NCBI GenBank assembly: GCA_032718475.1
Contig: JAUCBJ010000548.1
Location: 75,994-139,993, forward strand
From: Nemertoderma westbladi
Taxonomy: Eukaryota; Animalia; Xenacoelomorpha
Reading direction: 5' to 3'
Length of the DNA stretch: 64,000 bases
Shown here: positions 37,901 through 49,108 of the stretch, in pieces
Numbering within the stretch: position 1 is the first letter of the stretch
Layout: each line of letters begins with the position of its first letter
Position numbers and translations under genes: made by a program
Notes under the pieces: generated by a model
Database searches by the model: none
What the model saw: only the letters and a program-made list of their open reading frames with translations
Told to the model about the DNA's origin: nothing

Positions 37901-40900
37901 GCTGTGGGTTCCTGTGGTGGTGTAAACCGGGACGGCTGTGGGTTGCTGTGGTGGTGTAAAGATATTTGCGGGACAGCTGTGGGTTCCTGTGGTGGTGTGA
38001 AAATATTACCGGGACAGCTGTGGGTTCCTGAGGTGGTATGAAGAGATTCGCGGGACAGCTGTGGGTTCCTGAGGTGGTATGAAGAGATTCGCGGGACAGC
38101 TGTGGGTTCCTGTGGTGGTGTGAAGAGATTTGCGGGACAGCTGTGGGTTCCTGTGGTGGTGTGAAGATATTTCCGGGACAGCTGTGGGTTCCTGTGGTGG
38201 TGTGAAGAGATTTGCGGGACAGCTGTGGGTTCCTGTGGTGGTGTGAAGAGATTTGCGGGACAGCTGTGGGTTCTTGTGGTGGTGTGAACCGGGACAGCTA
38301 TGGGTTCCTGTTGTGGTGTGCACCGGAACAGCTATGGGTTCCTGTGGTGGAGTGAACCGGGACGGCTGTGGGTTGCTGTAGTGGTGTAAAGAGATTTGCG
38401 GGACAGCTGCGGGTTACTGTGGTGGTGTGAAGAGATTTGCGGGACAGCTGTGGGTTCCTGTGGTGGTGTGAAGAGATTTGCGGGACAGCATGGGTTACTG
38501 TTGTGGTGTGAACCGGGACAGCTGTGGGTTCCTGTGGTGGAGTGAACCGGGACGGCTGTGGGTTCCTGTGGTGGTGTAAACCGGGACGGCTGTGGGTTGC
38601 TGTGGTGGTGTAAAGATATTTGCGGGACAGCTGTGGGTTCCTGTGGTGGTGTGAAAATATTTCCGGGACAGCTGTGGGTTCCTGTGGTGGTGTAAAGAGA
38701 TTTGCGGGACAGCTGTGGGTTACTGTTGTGGTGTGAACCGGGACAGCTGTGGGTTCTTGTGGTGGTGTGAACCGGGACAGCATGGGTTCCTGTTGTGGTG
38801 TGAACCGGGACAACTGTGGGTTATTGTGGTGGTGTGAACCGGGAAAGCTATGGGTTCTTGTTGTGGTGTGAACCGGGACAGCTGTGGGTTCTTGTGGTGG
38901 TGTGAACCGGGACAGCTGTGAGTTCCTGTGGTGGTGTGAACCGGGACGGCTGTGGGTTCCTGTGGTGGTGTAAACCGGGACGGCTGTGGGTTGCTGTGGT
39001 GGTGTAAAGATATTTGCGGGACAGCTGTGGGTTCCTGTGGTGGTGTGAAAATATTACCGGGACAGCTGTGGGTTCCTGAGGTGGTATGAAGAGATTCGCG
39101 GGACAGCTGTGGGTTCCTGAGGTGGTATGAAGAGATTCGCGGGACAGCTGTGGGTTCCTGTGGTGGTGTGAAGAGATTTGCGGGACAGCTGTGGGTTCCT
39201 GTGGTGGTGTGAAGATATTTCCGGGACAGCTGTGGGTTCCTGTGGTGGTGTGAAGAGATTTGCGGGACAGCTGTGGGTTCCTGTGGTGGTGTGAAGAGAT
39301 TTGCGGGACAGCTGTGGGTTCTTGTGGTGGTGTGAACCGGGACAGCTATGGGTTCCTGTTGTGGTGTGCACCGGAACAGCTATGGGTTCCTGTGGTGGAG
39401 TGAACCGGGACGGCTGTGGGTTGCTGTAGTGGTGTAAAGAGATTTGCGGGACAGCTGCGGGTTACTGTGGTGGTGTGAAGAGATTTGCGGGACAGCTGTG
39501 GGTTCCTGTGGTGGTGTGAAGAGATTTGCGGGACAGCATGGGTTACTGTTGTGGTGTGAACCGGGACAGCTGTGGGTTCCTGTGGTGGAGTGAACCGGGA
39601 CGGCTGTGGGTTGCTGTAGTGGTGTAAAGAGATTTGCGGGACAGCTGCGGGTTACTGTGGTGGTGTGAAGAGATTTGCGGGACAGCTGTGGGTTCCTGTG
39701 GTGGTGTGAAGAGATTTGCGGGACAGCTGTGGGTTACTGTTGTGGTGTGAAGAGATTTGCGGGACAGCTGTGGGTTACTGTGGTGGTGTGAAGAGATTTG
39801 CGGGACAGCTGTGGGTTCTTGTGGTGGTGTGAAGAGATTTGCGGGACAGCTGTGGGTTACTGTTGTGGTGTGAAGAGATTTGCGGGACAGCTGTGGGTTA
39901 CTGTGGTGGTGTGAAGAGATTTCCGGGACAGCTGTGGGTTCCTGTGGTGGTGTGAAGAGATTTGCGGGACAGCATGGGTTACTGTTGTGGTGTGAACCGG
40001 GACAGCTGTGGGTTCTTGTGGTGGTGTGAACCGGGACAGCTATGGGTTCCTGTGGTGGTGTGAACCGGGACAGCTGTAGGTTCCTGTGGTGGTTTGAACT
40101 GGGACAGCTGTGGGTTACTGTTGTGGTGTGAACCGGGACAGCTGTGGGTCCTGCGGTGGTGTGAACCGGGACAGCTGTGGGTTACTGTTGTGGTGTGAAC
40201 CGGGACAGCTGTGGGTTCCTGTGGTGGTGTGAACCGGGACAGCTGTGGGTTACTGTTGTGGTGTGAACCGGGACAGCTGTGGGTTCTTGTGGTGGTGTGA
40301 ACCGGGACAGCTATGGGTTCCTGTTGTGGTGTGAACCGGGACAGCTGTGGGTTCCTGTGGTGGTGTGAACCGGGACGGCTGTGGGTTGTTGCTGTGGTGG
40401 TGTAAAGAGATTTGCGGGACAGCTGTGGGTTACTGTTGTGGTGTGAACCGGGACAGCTGTGGGTTCTTGTGGTGGTGTGAACCGGGACAGCATGGGTTCC
40501 TGTTGTGGTGTGAACCGGGACAACTGTGGGTTCTTGTGGTGGTGTGAACCGGGAAAGCTATGGGTTCTTGTTGTGGTGTGAACCGGGACAGCTGTGGGTT
40601 CTTGCGGTGGTGTGAACCGGGACAGCTGTGAGTTCCTGTGGTGGTGTGAACCGGGACGGCTGTGGGTTCCTGTGGTGGTGTAAACCGGGACGGCTGTGGG
40701 TTGCTGTGGTGGTGTAAAGATATTTGCGGGACAGCTGTGGGTTCCTGTGGTGGTGTGAAAATATTTCCGGGACAGCTGTGGGTTCCTGAGGTGGTATGAA
40801 GAGATTCGCGGGACAGCTGTGGGTTCCTGTGGTGGTGTGAACCGGGACAGCTGTGGGTTCCTGTGGTGGTGTGAACCGGGACAGCTGTGGGTTCTGTTGT

Positions 40901-41980
40901 GGTGTGAACCGGGACAGCTGTGGGTTCTTGTGGTGGTGTGAACAGGGACAGCATGGGTTCCTGTTGTGGTGTGAACCGGGACAGCTGTGGGTTCTTGTGG
41001 TGGTGTGAACCAGGACAGCATGGGTTCCTGTTGTGGTGTGAACCGGGACAGCTGTGGGTTCTTGTGGTGGTGTGAACCGGGAAAGCTATGGGTTCCTGTT
41101 GTGGTGTGAACCGGGACAGCTGTGGGTTCTTGTGGTGGTGTGAACCGGGACAGCATGGGTTCATGTTGTGGTGTGAACCGGGACAGCTGTGGGTTCTTGT
41201 GGTGGTGAGAACCGGGTTGTGGTGGTGTGAATCGGGACAGCATGGGTTCCTGTTGTGGTGTGAACCGGGACAGCTGTGGGTTCCTGTGGTGGTGTGAACC
41301 GGGACGGCTGTGGGTTGCTGTGGTGGTTAAAGAGATTTGCGGGACAGCTATGGGTTCCTGTTGTGGTGTGAACCGGGACAACTGTGGGTTCCTGAGGAGG
41401 TGTGAACCGGGACAGCTGTGGGTTCTTGTGGTGGTGTGAACCGGGACAGCTGTGAGTTCTTGTGGTGGTGTGAACCGGGACAGCTATGGGTTCCTTTGTC
41501 GTGTGAAACAGGACGGCTTTGGGTTCCTGTTGTGGTGTGAACCGGGACAGCTGTGGGTTCCTGCGGTGGTGTGAAGAGATTTGCGGGACAGCTGTGGGTT
41601 CCTGAGGTGGTATGAAGAGATTCGCGGGACAGCTGTGGGTTCTTGTGGTGGTGTGAAGAGATTTGCGGACAGCTGTGGGTTCCTGTTGAGGCGTGAAGAG
41701 ATTTCCGGGACAGCTATGGGTTCCTGTGGTGGTGTGAAGAGATTTGCGGGACAGCTGTGGGTTCCTGTGGTGGTGTGAAGAGATTTGCGGGACAGCTGTG
41801 GGTTCCTGTGGTGGTGTGAAGAGATTTGCGGGACAGCATGGGTTACTGTTGTGGTGTGAAGAGATTTGCGGGACAGCTGTGGGTTCCTGTGGTGGTGTGA
41901 AGAGATTTGCGGGACAGCTGTGGGTTCCTGTGGTGGTGTGAAGAGATTTGCGGGACAGCTGTGGGTTCCTGTGGTGGTGT
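31975..41980. repeat. 10-kb G/T-rich satellite of 41- and 34-bp units with 1048-bp higher-order repeat
   Basis: Units gggacagctgtgggttcctgtggtggtgtgaagagatttgc (41) and gggacagctgtgggttcctgtggtggtgtgaacc (34). Identical ORF translations recur at 36958, 38006 and 39054 (spacing 1048). Confidence 0.97.
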
Positions 41981-42962
41981 TAAGAGGCGCCCAACCAGAT
42001 CAACACGGCCGGCCGCGGAGACCAATAAGTCAAAATAACAAAAAAATAATATTTTATTCATTTTAAGAACTTTTTATCTATGTGCGATTTTACCATTTGG
42101 TTGTTTGATACGCGCCAGAGAAAATTACATAATAAACTATAGATAAGAAACTCCGCCACATAATTTTATAATAAAAATAACAGTTTAAGTTCACCTTAAC
42201 ACAGAAGTCGAAGGACAGTTCAAGGACTAATTCAGATTATAATGTAACTTTTGAACAATTTACAAAATGTTATATTAAGAAATTAAATAATTTACTACAA
42301 AAAAGTGTTTACAATAATAAAGATAGCACTGTATGCTTGGTAGTACAATAAATAATAATTAGTAAAAGTAAAAAACAAATAATACTTAACTTAACATTCA
42401 TATAAATGGTATCTAAAACAATATTTCATTTCAGATATTATGTTACACCAACTAATAATATACAAGTGAAGTATCAACCTAAAACGCTGATGAAAGTTGA
42501 CAAAAATTCGCGGGTTCGAGCTACAGGTTGTAAAAAATAACTATTTACATAAAGTAGCACTTTATATCACATTAAATGTTATTCCTTAATTTAATTAGAA
42601 AGCCCTATTACGTACAGTAATAATAAATATATACAAAGTATATCTGTAAAACCTACGCCTACTAACATTCTCCTCATCTAAATAATTTGTGAAATATGTG
42701 TGAATTATTTTATCCTAATACGTACGTAAGTTCCCTGGCATGGAAACCTGTTTTTCAATGTCATACAGACTACGGACTACTACAGTACATCAATGCTCAA
42801 TGATCAAATATTATAATAAGAAACTATATTAGTTGTAGCCAGTTATCATTGAGGTCCTCGCACTCAATATCCCCCCCCCCCCCCCCCCCATATATGCCCC
42901 CCTCCGCGGTGCTTATACTCACTATCCAGCCCCCCAGTATGCCTCCATCCCGCAGTAAGACC

Positions 42963-44594
42963 TTATTTTTTATTAACGACCTCCCTCTTCAGTATATCTG
43001 CGAGGGCTCGTCTCATAGCCAAGCGCTTATCATCGTCCGTAGCAACAGTTCCAATCTCTTTAGACTCCTCGCTTCCTTTGAACCCAGAGGCGGCTAGTTC
43101 CGTGGCGCGTTGCTGTTTCCGTAGCAACAACAACCGATTGCGCTCCTCCTGCAGGGAGCGATATCTCGACGCGCTAGTCCCGGTCCAGTCTGGTCGTGAG
43201 GGATCGAAGGCCCCCGCCGAGGCACCGATCGATCTTATAGTGTCGACGGATTCGGAATCGATGGACTTCCGGGTCACCACCGGGGGTAGAACCCGGGCCG
43301 GCGAACGCGGCTTCGTACCAGCTGGCGGTGGCCTTGGTAAGCGATGATCGCGAATCTCGCCCAGGTTACTAGGTGACGTCGGGGGTGACCAATCGGTGTC
43401 TTCCGTTGCGGAGGAGACAGACGCCGCGGCTCCTGCGATGCGAGCCAACTCGGCGTAGTTGGGAAGGCGCTCGTCCGAGGGAGAAGAGTCAGAGTGTGGG
43501 ACCATGTCACCGGAGTGATGGAAGCTGGTGCCAGTCTGGGAGAACGTGTCAGACGGCGCGAACCTCTTATCGGACTGCGTGACTCTCTCACCAGAATGAG
43601 CGACCCTTTCACCAGTGTCGATCTCACCAGAGTGTGCGACGTTAGTATCACCAGCAGTTCCCACCAAACCTCCCACAGCCTGTGACTCAGCACCAAGACT
43701 ACCTGACTTGTAGTTAGTTGCCAATGATTCATACGCGGGTGGTGGGGAACGACTTGGGTACGTCGAGGATTCCCCAGAACCGACACCAGACGCGACCTTC
43801 TCTTGACCGAGTTTATCCTTCGCATCAATGTTGCAAGTTGAATCCATAGTTCGTTCTGTGAAGGAGTTTCCCGCGTGGGATTCAAGATCTAATAAAGACA
43901 ACCGAATGGCCTGCTCCAACGATACCCGTTCATCCTCCCCCATACGACTAAGGTCTTCGCTCTCACGTCGACTCAACGACAGAACGTGCCGTAAATTATC
44001 TGAGTATTCATCATGCTGCATCCGAACGCGCTGAAACTCCTCCTGGGAGATTCGAATCGCCCTCAATAAATCCGAAAACTCCTGCTCCTCCATTGGACGA
44101 TATCCGTTATCACTTGACTTATCACCGGATTCGTCACCCATCATTAGAAATCCCTTCTTCTGCAACGTTTTCAAAGCTTCTAATTCTAACTCCATATTCT
44201 TAGAAACCATTATTCTTTTGAAAAGTAGAAAATCATCCGCTGCCCAAACCTCTTCTAAGATCTTACTCGATACAGTAACGTCGTCCTTTTTCGTGTTTTT
44301 ACCAGTACATATACCAATGAATTGTTCTATAGTTATTCCGATGTCATACAGATAACTTTCCAACAGATGTTCTACAAGTTCCCGGTAGCTGTTGTGCACT
44401 GGAGTATATTCGAGTTTATTTTCTTCATTATTATCAAATATGATACATTGCGATTCTATATAGTTGGCGACAGGAACACTCCACAGCGGGCTGATGAGAA
44501 ATCCAACAACGCCATCAGCAATCCAGTCGTCGGGATCATCCGTACTCTTAGTTTGGGAACCGCGTCTTTTCTTAGATTTCCATCCGAAAACCAT
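42963..44594 (-). CDS. CFAP36: Cilia- and flagella-associated protein 36-like (BART/ARL2-binding domain), single coding exon, ~543 aa
   Basis: N-terminal BART domain (W..PV..YIE..C.IFD..EENKLEYT.VH..Y.ELVE.LLE.YL.DIGIT.EQF...C; AADDF..FK..MV.KN.ELELEAL) and C-terminal RRALADILKREVVNKK like CFAP36/CCDC104. First in-frame ATG is at 44594 (the listed start is TTG). Confidence 0.88.
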   Translation of the reverse strand: MVFGWKSKKRRGSQTKSTDDPDDWIADGVVGFLISPLWSVPVANYIESQCIIFDNNEENKLEYTPVHNSYRELVEHLLESYLYDIGITIEQFIGICTGKNTKKDDVTVSSKILEEVWAADDFLLFKRIMVSKNMELELEALKTLQKKGFLMMGDESGDKSSDNGYRPMEEQEFSDLLRAIRISQEEFQRVRMQHDEYSDNLRHVLSLSRRESEDLSRMGEDERVSLEQAIRLSLLDLESHAGNSFTERTMDSTCNIDAKDKLGQEKVASGVGSGESSTYPSRSPPPAYESLATNYKSGSLGAESQAVGGLVGTAGDTNVAHSGEIDTGERVAHSGERVTQSDKRFAPSDTFSQTGTSFHHSGDMVPHSDSSPSDERLPNYAELARIAGAAASVSSATEDTDWSPPTSPSNLGEIRDHRLPRPPPAGTKPRSPARVLPPVVTRKSIDSESVDTIRSIGASAGAFDPSRPDWTGTSASRYRSLQEERNRLLLLRKQQRATELAASGFKGSEESKEIGTVATDDDKRLAMRRALADILKREVVNKK

Positions 44595-44792
44595 AGTAAC
44601 GGGGATAATAACCAAAACATTTACATCACAATCAAACTACGATAGCTATAATTGATTGATCGCTTTGGGGTGGTCAGGCGATTGTGAGCTACTTTATACA
44701 TGGTGGACGCAAAAATACGGTCGTGGTGGAATGGAAATAATTTCTTATAATATATAAGATTCTTACTATATTATATTATTATTTTTATTTTA

Positions 44793-45085
44793 GGTCACAC
44801 CTTGGTGTAGTGGTTGCATTGAATTCACATCTCCTGTAGGTCGTGGGTTCGATCCGCACTTGGGCCAGGGCAGTTGTCGTTTCGGCACGAATGCTTTGAA
44901 AGGACCAGCCAGGGCGCATCTAGGGCGCATCTCTGCCTTGCATGCATCCTTAAGTGGTAGCTGAATGAGTACTGGAGTTTTCTCGGTGGAGTATAGTTCT
45001 GGGGGGACCGCACTAGAAATAATTCGTCAGACTTTGTGCGCAATCCCTGGACTAACGGCCGAGAAAATGTACTTTTTTACTTTAC
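44793..45085 (+). mobile_element. tRNA-derived SINE
   Basis: Pol III A box (tggtgtagtgg) and B box (ggttcgatcc) at tRNA-like spacing but no proper cloverleaf; followed by a unique body and a (tttac)n-like tail. Confidence 0.55.
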
Positions 45086-45092
45086 TTTACCG

Positions 45093-45313
45093 CCCATGTA
45101 AAGAATACCAGGATTTCTCTTTTCGGTCGACCTTTTATTGGAATTTTATATATGAAGATTTTTAATTTTTTTTAATTTATCTTTATTAAGTGTTTTATAG
45201 CGCTTATTTCTGTCTTATAACCTGTACATATACTAATTCGTTTATTGTTTTGGTTAGATTCAGCCCTTCTGTAACCTGTGTTTTTGGTGAAAACCTGGTA
45301 TTCTTCACATGGG
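45093..45313. mobile_element. Small MITE with CCCATGT(A/G)AAGAATACCAGG terminal inverted repeats
   Basis: cccatgtaaagaataccagg at 45093 and cctggtattcttcacatggg at ~45294-45313. Confidence 0.7.
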
Positions 45314-46419
45314 GGTAACTGCAAAGTGAAATATAACGGCAGAAAGTCTGGTATTTTCGCATGGGCCTACTTTACTATATTATAAATATACTTACAGTTA
45401 CAATGTTATGGTAATGAAATAAATCAATTGAACCCCCAATTTATTGATCAATTTTCTTACCTTGTAAAATATAGAATATTGTAACACAATTAATTTGATA
45501 AAGTGAAAATAATGACACGTTATTAAAATTTCATATACCAGGTAAGTGCTTAGTTAGTCTTAGTCAGAACTTATACTCCGAGCAGGGGCCAAGAATCATT
45601 CACAGTGTCACATCCATGACACTATATAATGTAAATTATCTTAACTACATTCTACTTACTACAGGTAACATGTACGCGCACGAGACAGTCTGAGCGTTAA
45701 CATATTATAAAAACATTATGGATGAATGGTATGTAATGCTTGGTGTTGTAATACATAATAAAACCTGATCATTTTTGTTGAAAAAAAAATACATATTTCT
45801 AGACCTATTACCTATCAGCATCTCCTCTCACCTCTGCTCTATATCAATAACTAGAGTGTCTTTACAAGATGGTATGTACGTACCAGCGGTACGCGGCTTT
45901 AAATTAATATATCGGTAAAACTTGCAAGCAATTATTTGCCAATTGGCATGTACTGTTGTGGTTGTCCTCTACTACATGAAATACGGCACGTTATATTTTG
46001 TTCTACTATCTACTTAAGGTACCGGGTACCCTTCCTAAAGGTATACAAGTATAGGCCATGGAAAGCACATCCTGACATTAAAGAACACACTGGATGCAAA
46101 AAGTGGTGAAGTGTGCCAACATAATTACTGTTGCCATGCCAACCAGCAGGACGGCCTTGTAGGAATACCCAATGGCCTACGGTTATCTTAGTAACCTATG
46201 ATTCGCCAGAACACCTTCTAAGCAACAACTATGCCTAAACAATTTGCAGCTTCAATTTGTAGCTGCAATGCACGCTTCTTTGAATAGGATATTATTAGTG
46301 TAGAATATCTATCTATCCATTATTGTACTAGTATTATATTTGGAAGTTACGAACTTATTATTGTAATATTAATGTATTAATAATATACATTTCCACTCCG
46401 TTGGCATTTTAAACCCGCC

Positions 46420-46928
46420 AACTCGTGTAGAACTCAACCACTCGGACAGAATAGTTGAATTTCGCTAAATTGAAATTAAGTGAAAAAAAGCGTGTAACGC
46501 TTACTTTTTTAAATATATATAATATGTTGGACACACCATCCAACACTTGTTTGAACGCGTTAGACAGCACCAGGGTGGGACGGCCAATGATGGAAGCGAA
46601 CAGGGTAAGACTGTGCACAACCACATCATGACGCACCGCGGCGAGCCCAATACACGTTGGCTGACTGACTGGTGTGAATTGTACGGTGCTGTACAATTTT
46701 ACGGTGCTGCTTCCCAGTGGTTAGTTACAGTACAGACATATCTTCATTTCGTTACCTGTTCCGGCCCCCTTTGGGAATTTCTCTACATTTCCTGGTTTGG
46801 CCTCCTGAGAATGCCTTCAGTTGCGGGGCGATCAGCAGGCTGCCGTCAGCTGATCACTGATTGCATGCAACGTCTAGGTCTTGTTGCTTTTTAGTTTTTT
46901 ACATACTTTGGCACTGACATACCTAGCG
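46420..46928 (+). promoter_or_regulatory. Candidate promoter/5' UTR exon of the MGAT3-like gene
   Basis: CpG-richer island ending in a donor-like GCG|gtaaga at 46929; a matching acceptor tttcag| at 49084 lies just before the CDS. Inference only. Confidence 0.3.
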
Positions 46929-48109
46929 GTAAGATTTTTACTTAACGTGCTTGATAATAAATAAACATAATTAACTCTTTATTATTGGATTTTCAAGCTT
47001 CTACTTCAATTACTTTTTTATCGAATAATAGTCCTTTTTTCGATACTATGTCCATAATGTTCTAGAATCGGATTATTAGAGTCCAAAAATATAAATCTAT
47101 TACGCTTTCTTGAGTTGTCAGGAATTCGCGGTATAATAATATCCTATTATTGTTCTACAACATTATTCTGGGGAAATCAAACAACCTTTTTACCTTCCTT
47201 TTTCTTATATAATCTGTAGTTCTTGCTGGATGCGCATATCCACACTTTATTCTCTTTGTTTTTTTCGTTTTTGTAATTATTCTTTGAACTTTCTTTTTGT
47301 TTTAATTTAAATTTAATCATTTGTTTTATTTTATATTCAAATGTCGAATATATTATTGTCTTTTAAAGCTTAGTTACTCACATGTAAAATTGTTATCACA
47401 TCAATGGTGAACAAACACACTTCTTGCCTTTTACTATCCACACTGTTAATAACAGTAGACTTATAACTTATGCATTTATTTTACTGTTTGCTATATCCGA
47501 ATAAAGTTCGCAGGTATTAAAGACTGTATTTGATGATCTATGGTTAATCCACTCTAAAATAAATTAGCCAACAAGCACAGGCTATGTAAATTCTTATATA
47601 TTTGAATAAAATGATGAAGTTGTAGTAAATTACTCATCTATAAATACTCGTAATAAATATACACGGAACTATAATTGTTGCTGTATGAAATTAAATGGTA
47701 ATATTTAGGAAATATGGTAATTGTTTGCAATTGCGATTTCGGGATTTGGTGCCGTGTAGATTTATGTCACTTAATAATTAAATTATATTATTTCCAACGC
47801 GGCGTAAAAACAATTTTTGGTATAACCTTTTAAAATTTATTTAATGATATGAATAAACTTTTATTTTAATGATTAAATATATTTTTAAATATATATTTAA
47901 ACGTCGGTTCACCTTAATAAGGATTAACAATTTGAACTTTTACATATCATAATTTACTATTTGTTTCATTGTATTCATAATTTAGCATTTTGCATTGGAG
48001 CAGTAAGTAAGTTCATGTCTCTAATTCAATATTAAAAATGGACACGAGAACTGCATCCTGCATTTATGTCACACATTACAATACAGTACACAGCAACAAA
48101 AGTTTTATT

Positions 48110-48546
48110 TATTAGCGAGTTTTATTTAGCACTTTACAACTTTTGAGGACATTACAGCATCGTATTGGCCTGTACATTTAGTATTGTATTTGGTGTTAGT
48201 AGTTAAGTAATGTCCCCTTAGTGGACATTACTTAACGCCTTCATTGGTTACCCGTAAACAATAGGTGGAAATTTGCCTGACAGCCAGATAGGCCTACTGC
48301 ATTACCTACCGGTAGGCGGGGTATAGCTATTAATAACCAGTAGCTATATTATTAACATGGCATCAAACGCCACCATAAATATCAGCTAACTTATTTATAA
48401 CATAATTTATGTCATTTTTACATTTATTTATACAGCAACTAATTTAATTTGTGCAGTTTGTATCACTTATAATATATGTACAATCATTTCTTAATATTAA
48501 AATTTTGGAATAAAACTACATACATACTTATTGCAAACTACTTTAC
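48110..48546. repeat. Dispersed repeat (inverted copy of 13955-14400)
   Basis: See 13955-14400. Confidence 0.85.
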
Positions 48547-49108
48547 AGTGTTCTGATCCTCGTGGCTTTACAGTATTTTCACTCACTCACTAACGTTCGT
48601 TCGTGTAACAAAGCCACTCGGATCATCATACTGTAAAGTGCTACTTTACACACAAGTATGTAAATAGTTATTTCCGTAAATCGTAGTCTTCTTAAATATA
48701 GTCTACATAAATAGGTTAATTTTCAACTATGAACGGGTTCTTACAGGTTTTTAAAAAAAAAGCCCGCCCATAGGACGGGTTCTCAATGCTGGAAATGCAG
48801 CTTTCAAATTTCAAGTAAGATAGAACATAGGACTAGTGCATTTTTTAAGTTGAAAGTTGCATGTTGAAAGTTGACTGTTTATGTGTGAACGTCCCCATTG
48901 GCTACAATATGTTCTATCTTATAATTGAAAGTTGAAAGCTCATGTGTGACACGGGCCTTAAGAGTATCACTGGAAAGTATCATGTATGTATTGTATAATA
49001 ATAGTCAAATAATAATAGATTTAAAGTAATATTGATTATAGAGTTTTTGTATACTGATGTATATTATACTATTGTTATTTTCAGCAGTATGATTATTACA
49101 ATAACAAT

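Noticed and set aside
31811-42066. Many His/Thr/Pro-rich ORFs (mucin-like)
   Set aside because: All are translations of the satellite; unit lengths 41 and 34 are not multiples of 3 and frames switch constantly.
44798-44875. tRNA gene
   Set aside because: A and B boxes are present but the acceptor and anticodon stems do not pair convincingly; better explained as a SINE head.
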